Assembly: GCA_016929065.1 (NCBI GenBank) | Contig: JAFGJO010000014.1 | Span: forward strand, 101 to 64,100 | Source: Spirochaetales bacterium | Lineage (GTDB): Bacteria > Spirochaetota > Spirochaetia > SZUA-6 > RPPD01 | DNA length: 64,000 nucleotides | Reading direction: 5' to 3' | Notes under the pieces: model-generated | What the model was told of the DNA's origin: nothing | Database searches by the model: none | Seen by the model: the letters and a program-made list of their open reading frames with translations, nothing else | Part shown: positions 38,036 through 48,290 of the stretch, piece by piece | How positions within the stretch are numbered: position 1 is the first letter of the stretch | Layout of the letters: every line of letters begins with the position of its first letter | Program-made: the position numbers and the translations under genes

Positions 38036-39436
38036 TTATAACTTCCGAAAAAACTTTTCCATCTTTCTGTGATCCTTGATTCCCGGTTCCGACTCCAGCC
38101 TGCTTGAAACATCCACCAACTCCGGCGAAAAGTTTTCCACAATCAAAGCAATATTTTCCGGGCCGATTCCGCCAGCCAGCCAGAGCGGGCGAATTTTTCG
38201 TGCTTCTTCGACGAGTTCTTTTGGAATCTCTTTTCCCGTTCCACCGCGGACTGATTGGGAAAACGCGTCGATGAGCACCCGCGGACAGTGGAATTCCTTC
38301 AGTGTTTCAATCTCCTCCGCCCCCTGTATACGTACTGTTTTGTAATAGGGAAAAGCCCGTACAAAGCAGGCATCAGGAGCTTCATCGCCATGAAATTGGA
38401 TCACATCAAGTGCTCCTGATTCAAGCAGTTCTTTTATTTCCGGATCAATCTCTGCATCAGGGCCGGAGACGACAACCCCAGCCTTAAGCACCGGCAAATC
38501 AGCACAGCTTTTAATAAATTCCAAGGTTGTCTTCCTCGGCGATTCAGCAAGGATAAACCCGACGATATCAGCACCAAGTTCGATTGCTTTTAGGGCATCT
38601 TCCCGTCTGGTAATACCGCAGATCTTTACCAGAGGCCTGTTATTGTACCGGCTGTACAGCCTGCCCCAGAAGTCACTGCCTGTATAATCAAAGGCCGACA
38701 GCAGTTCTCCCACAAGCCCCGGCTGCCGCATCACCGACTCCCCCACCAAAATACCCTTAAACCCCGAAGAAAGGGCGGTCACTGCGTCCTCAAGACAGAA
38801 TATCCCCGATTCAAAGACAACCTCGCACGGCCATGTGATGAACCGTTTTGTTTTAAACGGGATCACCGGGTCAAGCTTGAATGTCTCCAGGTCCCGTGAA
38901 TTGATTCCAACCAGCTTGGGTTTGAATGACGAGACCTTCTCCGCGTCTTCCTGCGAGTGAAGCTCTACCAGTGCGGCCATGCCCAGTTCCCGTACACGGG
39001 AAAGCATTGTGCCGAAAAGTTGTTTTTCGAGCATCGACGCAATCAGCAATACTGCATCGGCACCGGCCCGAAACGACACGTCAATATCTTCAACATCAAC
39101 CAGAAAGTCTTTTCGAAGAATCGCCGTTTCCGGGTATGCTTTTTTCACCGCCATCAGATCGTTCAAGGAGCCGCCGAAATATTCTTCTTCTGTTAAAATC
39201 GAAATACTCTGCGCCCCGGCCGCTCTATAATTTCCCGCTTGGGTGACAGGGTCTGCTCCGGCAGCGATATCTCCCTTTGAGGGCGAACGGCGCTTCATCT
39301 CGCAGATGAGAAACGGCTGTCTGGCAAACGATACCAGCGGCACCTGCCGCGTTTCGGGCACACCGGCTCCCATTTCATGTCCAAGGTTTTCAATCCGCTT
39401 TATACGACGGGCAACGATTTCATCGCGGATATTCAT
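38036..39436 (-). CDS. trpCF: Bifunctional indole-3-glycerol-phosphate synthase / phosphoribosylanthranilate isomerase
   Basis: [22 protein letters not shown] and GINSRDL (TrpC); VKICGIT, QFHGDE, GGTG, LAGGI and DVSS (TrpF). Confidence 0.93.
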   Translation of the reverse strand: MNIRDEIVARRIKRIENLGHEMGAGVPETRQVPLVSFARQPFLICEMKRRSPSKGDIAAGADPVTQAGNYRAAGAQSISILTEEEYFGGSLNDLMAVKKAYPETAILRKDFLVDVEDIDVSFRAGADAVLLIASMLEKQLFGTMLSRVRELGMAALVELHSQEDAEKVSSFKPKLVGINSRDLETFKLDPVIPFKTKRFITWPCEVVFESGIFCLEDAVTALSSGFKGILVGESVMRQPGLVGELLSAFDYTGSDFWGRLYSRYNNRPLVKICGITRREDALKAIELGADIVGFILAESPRKTTLEFIKSCADLPVLKAGVVVSGPDAEIDPEIKELLESGALDVIQFHGDEAPDACFVRAFPYYKTVRIQGAEEIETLKEFHCPRVLIDAFSQSVRGGTGKEIPKELVEEARKIRPLWLAGGIGPENIALIVENFSPELVDVSSRLESEPGIKDHRKMEKFFRKL

Positions 39437-41049
39437 GCAGTTGCACCTGCCGCAACAAGTTTCTGCGAATGGTGAACCACTTCGTCAAGCTTTTTCCCTA
39501 CTTTGCCTTTTTCCAATGCTTCTTTTGCCATGGCATACCCTGCCTTGATTGAGGCTGCTTTGCCCGCAATATACAGCGCAGCGCCGGCATTCAGGCAGAC
39601 TGCGTCTTTAATGGCTGGCCTCCCCTTTCCGGCCAGAAGATCCTTTGCAAGCTGTGCATTATCTGCCGGGGTCCCGCCGGCGAGGTCTTCTGTTGTGTGG
39701 CCGGAAATACCCGCTTCATCGGGTTTGAATAGATAGTCTTTCTTTTTTCCGTCTTCATGTATTTCCACAATCCGGGTCGGGGAAGAAACCGATATTTCGT
39801 CCATACCATCCTTCCCATGCACCACCATAACCCGCTTAACCCCCAAAAGCCGCGCAGCTTCCGCCATTTTCTCGCACAGCTCCTCGGTATAGACACCGAT
39901 CAGCTGGGATTCTGCCTCTGCGGGATTTGCCAGCGGCCCCAGGCAGTTCATGATTGTTTTCATCCCAAGCTCCTTGCGCGCCGGGCCGGCATAGCGCATG
40001 GAGCCATGATACACCGGTGCGAACAAAAACGTGAAGTTCGTATCGGCCAACAGCTGTTCTGCCTGCGAATAGGTCATGTTGATTGCAATTCCCAGCTGTG
40101 AGTAAAACTCGGCACTCCCTGATTTTGAAGAAGCTGCCCTGTTGCCGTGCTTGGCAACATCCACCCCGCAGCTTGCGGCAATGAGAGCGGAAAAGCTTGA
40201 AATGTTGAAAGTGTGCAGACCGTCGCCGCCGGTGCCGCAGGTATCGAGTGTCGGGCGGGCTGAATTGATGGCCTGTTTCTTGCGCTTCAATACAGAAGCA
40301 CATCCCGCAATCTCCTGCGGTGTGTAGCCTTTTATTGACAGGGCTACCAGAAAGGCGGTGATCTGGGAATTGTTGAGATTGCCGTCGGTTAATTCTTCCA
40401 TGAAGCCTGCTGCTTCCTCCTGGGTGAGGTCGTTTCCCGACATCACCTGTGAAAGCATGTGCTGTGCCGGATACGCATCCCGTTTGTAATGCAGAAAATT
40501 GGACAATAGTTTTTTGCCCGTCTCGGACGCGATTGACTCGGGATGAAACTGGACCCCTTCGATCATGTGTTCCCGATGCCGGACACCCATAATTTCCCCG
40601 TCATCGGCGACAGCGGTAATCTCGAATTCTGCCGGTAAAGTGTTCTTCACGATTGCAAGAGAGTGATACCGGGTAAACGTCGCCCGTTTGGGAAGATTCC
40701 GGAACAGCCCCTTGCCGTCGAGTGTCATCTCCTCGGCTTTGCCGTGGACAATCCTCCCGGCATTGGCGATTTGGGCACCAAAAGCATGGCCGATACTCTG
40801 ATGTCCCAGGCACACGCCCAGGATGGGTATTTTTCCCGCAAAGTGTTTGATCGCAGCCAGGGAAATCCCGGCATCCTCCGGCCGTCCCGGTCCCGGGGAA
40901 ATGATAATCCCGTCAGGATTCAACTTTACAATTTCTTCAACGGTAATCGTATCGTTGCGGTATACCACAATTTCTTCGTCGGTGATCTCGCAGAAATACT
41001 GATACAGGTTATACGTAAATGAATCGTAATTATCGATAATGATATACAT
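39433..41049 (-). CDS. trpGD: Anthranilate synthase component II fused to anthranilate phosphoribosyltransferase
   Basis: True start at ATG 41049: [29 protein letters not shown]; then [13 protein letters not shown] and KHGNR. Confidence 0.94.
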   Translation of the reverse strand: MYIIIDNYDSFTYNLYQYFCEITDEEIVVYRNDTITVEEIVKLNPDGIIISPGPGRPEDAGISLAAIKHFAGKIPILGVCLGHQSIGHAFGAQIANAGRIVHGKAEEMTLDGKGLFRNLPKRATFTRYHSLAIVKNTLPAEFEITAVADDGEIMGVRHREHMIEGVQFHPESIASETGKKLLSNFLHYKRDAYPAQHMLSQVMSGNDLTQEEAAGFMEELTDGNLNNSQITAFLVALSIKGYTPQEIAGCASVLKRKKQAINSARPTLDTCGTGGDGLHTFNISSFSALIAASCGVDVAKHGNRAASSKSGSAEFYSQLGIAINMTYSQAEQLLADTNFTFLFAPVYHGSMRYAGPARKELGMKTIMNCLGPLANPAEAESQLIGVYTEELCEKMAEAARLLGVKRVMVVHGKDGMDEISVSSPTRIVEIHEDGKKKDYLFKPDEAGISGHTTEDLAGGTPADNAQLAKDLLAGKGRPAIKDAVCLNAGAALYIAGKAASIKAGYAMAKEALEKGKVGKKLDEVVHHSQKLVAAGATA

Positions 41050-41050
41050 G

Positions 41051-42463
41051 CTATACCTCCACGCCCACGGCTTTTGCGAGAGCGCCCAGTTTATTCGATG
41101 TTTCTTCAAATTCCTTGTGCGGGAGGGAATCATACACTATCCCCGCGCCCGCCTGAAGTATCAAAAGATCGTTTTTTTTCATCGCACTGCGGATGACAAT
41201 ACAGGTATCGAGGTTTCCCCCCGGTTCAATATATCCCACAACCCCTGCATAAAACCGACGGCTGTGTTTTTCCAGGGCATCAATGATCTCAATAGCCTTG
41301 ATCTTTGGAGCCCCCGACACGGTCCCTGCCGGAAACGTCGCACGAAGCGCATCGAGCCCGGTCTTCCCTTCCTTCAGAATCCCCTCAACTTCTGAAACAA
41401 TATGCATCACATGAGAGTATTTCTCCAGGGCCATCATCTCTGTCGGCTGCACCGTTCCGGGCCGGCAAATTCGGCCAAGGTCGTTTCGGGCAAGATCAAC
41501 CAGCATCAAATGCTCTGCCCTTTCCTTTTCATCGGAAAGAAGATCCTTCTCAATTGCCTTTTCCTCTGCCTGTGTTTTTCCCCGTTTCCGGGTGCCGGCA
41601 AGCGGCCGGAGGATCGCCCGGTTGTTTTTCACTTTTACATGGACTTCCGGGGATGCCCCGAACAATTCGAACTCACCGCAATTAATATAAAACATATATG
41701 GTGATGGATTAAACGAACGCAGGTGACGGTATCCGTGAAAGGCCGGCATGGAAGTTTTAATATGCACGCGCCTGGAAAGCACTCCCTGCAGCAGATTCCC
41801 GCGGATAATTTCTTCGCGGACTTTTTCCACACCGCGCATATAGATTGTTTCCTCATCCGGGGAATCGATCACCTCTGCCGGAAATTCCTCGACCGAGGTC
41901 TGCATAAAATTGAAATCCAGATCGTTCAGGCGTTTCTCTATTTTTTGGATGGCCTTTTTCAGATCGATCTCCGCCTCTTTGTAGTTCAAGCCGACAATGG
42001 TGATGGTATCGGTATAATGATCGAAGATGAGAAAAATATGCCCCAAAATAAACAGGGCATCGGGCAAATCCAGTTCATCGGTTTTGGCCGTGAGCTTTAT
42101 GGTGTCAAAACGGGCGCAGTATTCATAGGAAAGATAGCCCAGCCCGCCGGCAGGGAGCGGAAACTCGCGTTCCACACCCGCATGCTGGTTTGCAAAATAT
42201 AACAGCACATCGAGGATATCCTTGCCGGTTTTCAGCCTGAAGCGCTTTCCGCTTTTATCCATGAAAATATCATCTCCCTGCTGAATGATTTTCGCAGCCT
42301 CTTCCACCAAAAGAATCGAGTACCGGTCCTTTCCCCGTTCAAGTGAGGCCGATTCCAAAAGTACTTTGGCCGAAAGCTTCTCTGCCAATGAATACGGGGT
42401 AAACCGCTCACCGGCGACGATTTTCATCATGCCGTTTTTAAAACTTATATAATCTGATTCCAC
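41051..42463 (-). CDS. trpE: Anthranilate synthase component I
   Basis: AAAGGAG before GTG 42463; [44 protein letters not shown] and QAGAGIV. Confidence 0.95.
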   Translation of the reverse strand: MESDYISFKNGMMKIVAGERFTPYSLAEKLSAKVLLESASLERGKDRYSILLVEEAAKIIQQGDDIFMDKSGKRFRLKTGKDILDVLLYFANQHAGVEREFPLPAGGLGYLSYEYCARFDTIKLTAKTDELDLPDALFILGHIFLIFDHYTDTITIVGLNYKEAEIDLKKAIQKIEKRLNDLDFNFMQTSVEEFPAEVIDSPDEETIYMRGVEKVREEIIRGNLLQGVLSRRVHIKTSMPAFHGYRHLRSFNPSPYMFYINCGEFELFGASPEVHVKVKNNRAILRPLAGTRKRGKTQAEEKAIEKDLLSDEKERAEHLMLVDLARNDLGRICRPGTVQPTEMMALEKYSHVMHIVSEVEGILKEGKTGLDALRATFPAGTVSGAPKIKAIEIIDALEKHSRRFYAGVVGYIEPGGNLDTCIVIRSAMKKNDLLILQAGAGIVYDSLPHKEFEETSNKLGALAKAVGVEV

Positions 42464-42500
42464 AACAACTCCTTTCATGTCATGTCTTGCCGTATATAAT

Positions 42501-42534
42501 AAAAAAGCCGCACGGCCCTGTACTGCCCTGCGGC
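42501..42534 (-). terminator. Attenuator terminator of the trp leader
   Basis: GCCGCA-GGGC...GGCC-G-TGCGGC stem followed by T6, between the leader peptide and trpE. Confidence 0.8.
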
Positions 42535-42596
42535 GGAATATCCCGGAGGCATCGGCTATAATAGTTTCACCGAAGTCCCGCAAATCTGATCTTCGG

Positions 42597-42656
42597 TTAT
42601 GTGGTGCACCGCCATGTTGCAAATTCAACAATATTTATTTTCAGGTGTTTCTCCAT
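42597..42656 (-). CDS. trpL: trp operon leader peptide MEKHLKINIVEFATWRCTT
   Basis: 19-codon ORF with Trp near its end (WRCT, compare WWRTS), followed by the hairpin CCGAAG...CTTCGG and the terminator. Confidence 0.75.
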   Translation of the reverse strand: MEKHLKINIVEFATWRCTT

Positions 42657-42693
42657 GGAGAAACACCATATCAGATCATTTTTTTATTGTCAA
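42644..42693 (-). promoter_or_regulatory. trp promoter with an overlapping 24-bp perfect palindrome
   Basis: TTGACA (42688-42693)-17-TATGGT (42665-42670); GGTGTTTCTCCATGGAGAAACACC at 42644-42667. Confidence 0.75.
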
Positions 42694-42781
42694 GCAGGAA
42701 TAGATTTTTTTGAAATCCGGTGTGGATTTTCATCGCCTCCTGTGTTATTATTATAGCTATGAATGAAAGGATGACACCTTG

Positions 42782-43270
42782 ATGAACAGGAAAATCATGC
42801 TTCTGCTGCTGGGAATCATTTCCTTCAATACAATCATGTATTCCGAAACGAAAGACATTTCATTTCAACCATTTTCTATATCATTGCTGTCTCCTGCAAC
42901 GGCAAATAAACCGGTACCGATGGCAGACGAAGAGAGAAGCGCCCCCCTCCAGAATGCCTGTTCATGTTTTTGTACAGGGTCTTCCATTTCCCTCATTTCT
43001 ACGGGAATAGGATCTCTGGTCCTTGGCATTGTTATGCTGATTTTCAATGGATCCGATCCAGATTTATTTTTTACAATAATGGGACCGGCGGCGGTTGTTT
43101 CCGGCGGCTTTTTCCTTGTCATAGGAATCTTCATCGGTCGTCATACTCTTTCACAACCATCACCATCTGATAAAGAAAAGGAACTGCTTACACTCCGGGA
43201 AGCGGAAAAAGGGACAAGACCCTATATCATACCCGGTCTCAACGGAATACGCCTTGGGGCGAAGTTTTGA
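42782..43270 (+). CDS. Hypothetical membrane protein
   Basis: Signal-like N-terminus plus two hydrophobic helices; AAGGA upstream. Confidence 0.65.
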   Translation: MNRKIMLLLLGIISFNTIMYSETKDISFQPFSISLLSPATANKPVPMADEERSAPLQNACSCFCTGSSISLISTGIGSLVLGIVMLIFNGSDPDLFFTIMGPAAVVSGGFFLVIGIFIGRHTLSQPSPSDKEKELLTLREAEKGTRPYIIPGLNGIRLGAKF

Positions 43271-43329
43271 GACCCGTTTTCGCACCAGATAAAACGGCAC
43301 ATATACGGTAAATATTATCCCATTTCTCT

Positions 43330-43359
43330 TTGACACGAATTAAAAAAAAGAGCTATAAT
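43330..43359 (+). promoter_or_regulatory. Consensus sigma70 promoter
   Basis: TTGACA-18-TATAAT. Confidence 0.75.
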
Positions 43360-43394
43360 AGATAAGCATTTTATGAAACTGGGAGGGTTCTGCT

Positions 43395-43946
43395 ATGCAA
43401 ATATTTCCATCACAAGAAACCGATCCTCTTGAACGCTCAATCAAGGAAAACAAGGCCGGTAAGGCGAAAACAATAGACACAGCCGGGAAATCCGCGGCAA
43501 AAACTTCCGAAGAACCGGTTATCGACCATACCGATGCGAACATGTCTTCCGGGAGAATGACACTGCGCATTCAGCGGACTATCAGCGGGTTCAACGAGCT
43601 CTACTCTGCACTCAAAAATACCGAAAACCCCGATGACAAGAACAGCGCATTGAAAACCATTATTTCCCAGACCCGTTTTCAGAATGAACAGATCCTCAGG
43701 GAGTACGAACCGCAGCTTCTGGAAATTGTCCGCGATAATGACCTTCACCGTCTGCTTCGGCTCACGGAAGACACAAAAAAGCAGCTGCATCAGTATGCAA
43801 AAAACGAAACAATTTCCGAAAATCTCGCGGCAGTTGAATCACAAAATCCCGAATCGCTGGTCCAAAGCATTACCGCGACACTGCGCAGAAAAGGGCTTCC
43901 CGAACTCAACATTGAACGTACGCGGATCATGGATTTGCTCCGGTAA
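43395..43946 (+). CDS. Hypothetical protein with flagellin-like sequence traces
   Basis: GGGAGGG RBS; IISQTRFQNEQIL, ISENLAAVES and terminal IMDLLR echo flagellin D1/D0 motifs. Confidence 0.6.
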   Translation: MQIFPSQETDPLERSIKENKAGKAKTIDTAGKSAAKTSEEPVIDHTDANMSSGRMTLRIQRTISGFNELYSALKNTENPDDKNSALKTIISQTRFQNEQILREYEPQLLEIVRDNDLHRLLRLTEDTKKQLHQYAKNETISENLAAVESQNPESLVQSITATLRRKGLPELNIERTRIMDLLR

Positions 43947-43970
43947 TTCTACTGTATCTCTGACATATTC

Positions 43971-46574
43971 TCAGGAATCCTGGTTTTCCAGTTCGTCCTG
44001 CCATAATGCCAGCAAATTAATCGCATCAATCGGTTTGAGTTCTTCAATCGAAAGCCCTTTTATTGACTCAATAATAAGCTCCTCCGGTTTGAACAGCTGC
44101 GGCTGTTGTTTGGGCGGCCGGACATGCGTCACCACAGGGGCTTTCCGGGAATCCGCAGGGCCTGCCCCTGGATTCTCCTGAAACGCATATGCCGTCTGTA
44201 TCACCTCTGCCGGCAGTCCTGCGATCTCTGCGACATGAATACCATAGGAACTGTCTGCCGGCCCATCCTTTATCTTTTTCAGGAAAACAATTGTGTCATC
44301 CCTTTCTGCAACAGCGAAAGATAAATTCCGCATGAGCGGGTGCGAAATCCCCGACAGTTCATGAAAGTGCGTTGCAAAAAGGGTTTTCGCTGATATCTTT
44401 TCCAGAATATACATCGAGACTGCCCAGGCAATGGCAAGCCCGTCGTTTGTGCTGGTGCCCCGTCCGACCTCATCCATAATAATAAGGCTCCTGCTGGTCG
44501 CCTGCCGCAGGATATGGGCGGTCTCATTCATCTCAGACAGAAAGGTTGATTCACCGCGCGCAATATTGTCGCTGGACCCCACACGGCAGAATATTTTGTC
44601 GACAATGCCGATGTTTGCTTCGTCAGCAGGGACAAAGGAGCCGATCTGCGCCATAAGCGTAATGAGAGCGGTCTGGCGAAGATAGGTTGACTTCCCGGCC
44701 ATATTCGGGCCTGTAAGGAGAATAAAATTGCCGGTTTCGTTGTCCAGAAAAACATCATTCGGTACAAATGTCCCGGCGGGCAGGTATGTTTCCACAACAG
44801 GATGACGTCCGTTTTTAATAGTGATCGTGCTGTGCTTTCCCACTCTGGGGCACACATATCCATTGATTGTTGCGGCATATGCAAATGACTGATACACATC
44901 CATTTCGGCGGTACAATCGCCTATTTCCCGGAACACACCAATCGCCTGTTTCACCTGATCGCGTATTTTCAAAAACAGTTCCCGTTCCAACTCGACAATC
45001 CTTTCCGAGGCTGAATTGATCTCTGTTTCGCGGTCAATAAGTACCTGCGTGGTAAACCTTTCCCCGCCGACAAGAGACTGCCGCCTGGAAAAATGCTGCG
45101 GTATCAGATGCAGATTCGGCTTTGAGACCTCCAGAAAATACCCGATGATCTTGTTGTACCGAAGTTTCAGCGAATTAATACCAGTGGCAGTTCGTTCTGC
45201 CTCCAGATATTTTTTCAATATTTCTTTTGCATTGTCCCGTATTGTCCGCAGGCGGTCGAGTTCTTCGTCAAATCCGTCACGGATGATTCCGCCTTCGGTA
45301 AGCAATACTGAAGGATCATCCAGTATCCCCCTGTCAATGGAATCAGCGAGTGTGTTCATGGCAGCAGCATGGGTGTCATAGAGCTGCATAAACCGTTGGA
45401 GTCTGCAATCACTGCCCAAAAGAATGCCCAGTTCCAATACCGCGGTCAATGTCCGTTTGATCGCAACGAGGTCTTTTGCGTGCGCCCGGTCCATCGCAGT
45501 CCTGGCGGCAAGCCGTTCAATATCCAGCAGATTGCCCAGCAGTTCTCTCACTTCTGAAAGTTTTTTCTGGTTGTGGTAAAAATAATCTACTGCTTGTTGT
45601 CTGTCTGTTATTTCTTTTGGGTCAACCAGCGGGCTCAATATCCAGGTGTACAACTTTCGGGACCCCATTGCTGATTTAGCATGATTCAATACCTCCAAAA
45701 GAGAATAGCGTCTGCTGTTGTCTGAAATGTTTCTTACCAGTTCAAGATTCTTTTGTGTTGCTTCATCCAATGCAACAAAACTGTTATATGCATACACGGT
45801 GATACTGCTGATATGTCCGAGCATATTTTTTGAAGTGTCTTCAAGGTATGAAAGCACAGCGCCGGCGCTGATAACTTCCGGGGAATTTTCAGCAAGCCCG
45901 AATCCTTTCAGGTTGGCTACTTTGAGCTGCTTTTTCAGCCGCTCAGCTGTAGATTCCGCATCAAAATACCATACAGGAAAACGGTTGATGAAAATTCCCT
46001 CTTTTTCCAGAAGCAGCCTTTGAATGACGGGATCCGATTCATAGAGATCCTCGCTGATGATAACCTCCCGGGGAGAAAGGCGGTACAGTTCGCTTTTCAG
46101 CTGTTCTTCACGTTCATCAGCCTCGAAGGAGGTAACACAGAATTCAGCAGTGGAAAGATCAATATAGGAAAATGATATCCTGTTTTTCATTGCTGCGATG
46201 GCGACAAGATAGTTGTTCAGGCTGCGGTCAAGCATTTTTTCATCAACCAGGGTTCCCGGTGTGATGACTTCCACAACTTCACGTGTTGCAATGCCTTTGC
46301 CGTCAGCAGGCAGCTGTGTCTGTTCACAGACCGCGATCTTCTTGCCCGCCTTGATCAGCCGCTGAATATATGCCGATGCAGCATGATAGGGGATCCCGCA
46401 CATGGGAATACCATGTCTCTGGGTGAGCGTGAGATCCAGGATATGTGAGGCCTCCCTGGCATCAGATTCGAACATTTCATAAAAATCCCCGAGCCGGAAG
46501 AACAAAATGGCATCCGAGTGGTTTCGTTTAATTTTTTTATATTGTATCATCATGGGTGTTGTAGCTTTGGCCAT
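43971..46574 (-). CDS. mutS: DNA mismatch repair protein MutS
   Basis: TPMM.QY, FFRLGDFYEMF, TGPNMAGKST, GESTF, MDEVGRGT, FATHFHEL and SYGIHVA. Confidence 0.98.
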   Translation of the reverse strand: MAKATTPMMIQYKKIKRNHSDAILFFRLGDFYEMFESDAREASHILDLTLTQRHGIPMCGIPYHAASAYIQRLIKAGKKIAVCEQTQLPADGKGIATREVVEVITPGTLVDEKMLDRSLNNYLVAIAAMKNRISFSYIDLSTAEFCVTSFEADEREEQLKSELYRLSPREVIISEDLYESDPVIQRLLLEKEGIFINRFPVWYFDAESTAERLKKQLKVANLKGFGLAENSPEVISAGAVLSYLEDTSKNMLGHISSITVYAYNSFVALDEATQKNLELVRNISDNSRRYSLLEVLNHAKSAMGSRKLYTWILSPLVDPKEITDRQQAVDYFYHNQKKLSEVRELLGNLLDIERLAARTAMDRAHAKDLVAIKRTLTAVLELGILLGSDCRLQRFMQLYDTHAAAMNTLADSIDRGILDDPSVLLTEGGIIRDGFDEELDRLRTIRDNAKEILKKYLEAERTATGINSLKLRYNKIIGYFLEVSKPNLHLIPQHFSRRQSLVGGERFTTQVLIDRETEINSASERIVELERELFLKIRDQVKQAIGVFREIGDCTAEMDVYQSFAYAATINGYVCPRVGKHSTITIKNGRHPVVETYLPAGTFVPNDVFLDNETGNFILLTGPNMAGKSTYLRQTALITLMAQIGSFVPADEANIGIVDKIFCRVGSSDNIARGESTFLSEMNETAHILRQATSRSLIIMDEVGRGTSTNDGLAIAWAVSMYILEKISAKTLFATHFHELSGISHPLMRNLSFAVAERDDTIVFLKKIKDGPADSSYGIHVAEIAGLPAEVIQTAYAFQENPGAGPADSRKAPVVTHVRPPKQQPQLFKPEELIIESIKGLSIEELKPIDAINLLALWQDELENQDS

Positions 46575-46580
46575 AAAATG

Positions 46581-46609
46581 ATTATATTTAGATTAATGAT
46601 AACAGACAA
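46581..46609 (-). promoter_or_regulatory. mutS promoter, leaderless configuration
   Basis: TTGTCT-17-TATAAT, then 6 nt, then ATG; no SD sequence. Confidence 0.7.
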
Positions 46610-46689
46610 TATGTCCCCTGTGTTCATTCAAAAAAAAGGAGGCATGCAATACCCGGGAATTTGAAATCATTTCCGGTGAATATATAGTT

Positions 46690-47238
46690 ATGACGACATC
46701 GCTGCTCTACCAGGAAGAAACCGGGAAAATATATATCCGGGCAATCGGAAGAATGACCGCCAATCTATGCCACGGACTTCGTGAAAAAGTTTTTTCCCGT
46801 CTCGACAATACACCGAAAATTCACGACATCTTTGTTGATTTGTCGCAATGTGACTACATGGACTCCACCTTTATGGGGATCCTGATTGGGATAAACAAAC
46901 AACTAAAGGAGTTATCCGGCAAGGGCATAACGGTAGTATGCCCAACCGATGAATGTAATTCTCTTTTTGCAGGCCTGAATATTATCCGGCTCCTTCACAT
47001 CGATACCAACCGGAAAGATTTCCCGGATTTAATGGAAGAAATTGATGATCGGCTGCGACCGAGCGCAGAGGTTCTGCTCCATGCCCACGAAGACCTCATT
47101 GATATTTCCGAAAACAATGCAATCAAATTCAAGATTCTCAAGGAGCAACTGGAGAAAAAAGTTGAAATGGAAAAAAAACAGCGTGAAGAGAATGCTGCCA
47201 ATTTAAAGGAGCCTGAAGACTCCGGGGATGATACCTGA
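46690..47238 (+). CDS. STAS-domain protein
   Basis: VDLSQCDYMDSTFMGILI; C-terminal VLLHAHEDL...N..KF. Confidence 0.85.
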   Translation: MTTSLLYQEETGKIYIRAIGRMTANLCHGLREKVFSRLDNTPKIHDIFVDLSQCDYMDSTFMGILIGINKQLKELSGKGITVVCPTDECNSLFAGLNIIRLLHIDTNRKDFPDLMEEIDDRLRPSAEVLLHAHEDLIDISENNAIKFKILKEQLEKKVEMEKKQREENAANLKEPEDSGDDT

Positions 47239-47245
47239 TACATAA

Positions 47246-47659
47246 TCATGTATTCTGTGTTTCCAGGTATCCTTTTAAAATAACCGCTGCTGCGATCATA
47301 TCCACTTTACCTTTTGATGATTTTCTGGTTTTTCCGAATTGATACAAAACTTCTTCTGCCGCCTCGCTGGAATAGCGCTCATCAAAAAGTTCGCAGAAAA
47401 TGCCCTTTGCTTCCAGTTTCTGCATGAATGAACGGGCACGGAAACACCCCGGAGACTCTGATCCATCTTGATTCAGAGGAAGTCCAATCACCATTTTTTC
47501 AATATTTTTTTCCCGTATAAGGGACTGAATGGCTGTGATGAGTTTTTCATCGCCTTTATACGGAATTGTCTGGAAGGGTGAGGCGATTATTTTTGCTTCA
47601 TCGGAAAGGGCAATTCCAATACGTTTCGTCCCCAGATCTATTGCACACAGTCTTCCCAT
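47246..47659 (-). CDS. ruvX: YqgF/RuvX-family nuclease
   Basis: AIDLGTKRIGIALSD, VIGLP, DERYSS and VDMIAAAVIL. Confidence 0.93.
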   Translation of the reverse strand: MGRLCAIDLGTKRIGIALSDEAKIIASPFQTIPYKGDEKLITAIQSLIREKNIEKMVIGLPLNQDGSESPGCFRARSFMQKLEAKGIFCELFDERYSSEAAEEVLYQFGKTRKSSKGKVDMIAAAVILKGYLETQNT

Positions 47660-47725
47660 ACGTTCATTCAAAAAAAAGGGGCCTGGACGTGAATTCCCCG
47701 TTCACCCCCCCCAACTTTTTTTGCC

Positions 47726-48244
47726 CTACCTTCTGATATATTCAAGGACATCTTCGGTAATATCAATATCCTTTGAATAATACACGATTGAGGTATCATC
47801 ATGTTTCAATATAAGCGAATAAGAATCCCTCACTGCTACTGCGGCAATTGCCCGTTGTACTTTAATAAAAAAGTCATCGGTTTTACCGAAATTGTCATAC
47901 ATGCTCTTATAGCGGTCGTATTGTGTTTTATAATACTGCTTCCGGTATTCAATCTTTTTATCAATTTCTTTTTCATACTGAAGCGCTTTCAGGTCATCTC
48001 CCTGTTCTTTTGAACTTTTCATTTGCTTTTCAAGTTCAGAAATTTCCTTGCTTGCTTTCTCGAGTTCTTTTTCAGTATTCGCCCAGAATTCCTGCAGTTC
48101 ACGGATTGCTTTTGAATCCTTGTAAAATGCTGTCACGATCTGTCCCAAATCCACGACACCGACCTTGGTCAGTTGTTCAGCTGAAAGCTGGGAAAGGGAA
48201 AAACAAATCAACAGTAAAACAAAAATTATTCTTAAAGATGGCAT
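47726..48244 (-). CDS. skp: OmpH/Skp periplasmic chaperone
   Basis: Signal peptide; KVGVVD, coiled coil and YSLIL...DITEDVL; directly downstream of bamA. Confidence 0.88.
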   Translation of the reverse strand: MPSLRIIFVLLLICFSLSQLSAEQLTKVGVVDLGQIVTAFYKDSKAIRELQEFWANTEKELEKASKEISELEKQMKSSKEQGDDLKALQYEKEIDKKIEYRKQYYKTQYDRYKSMYDNFGKTDDFFIKVQRAIAAVAVRDSYSLILKHDDTSIVYYSKDIDITEDVLEYIRR

Positions 48245-48290
48245 ATTGTCTACCTCCTTACAGCCATAAACAAAAAATCATTCTTTATCC

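Noticed and set aside
42464-42631. N-terminal extension of trpE given by the ORF track
   Set aside because: The region is the attenuator; a strong AAAGGAG precedes GTG 42463.
47669-47723. tRNA or ncRNA between skp and ruvX
   Set aside because: Only an imperfect G/C hairpin with A/T flanks, probably a weak terminator; no cloverleaf or T-loop.
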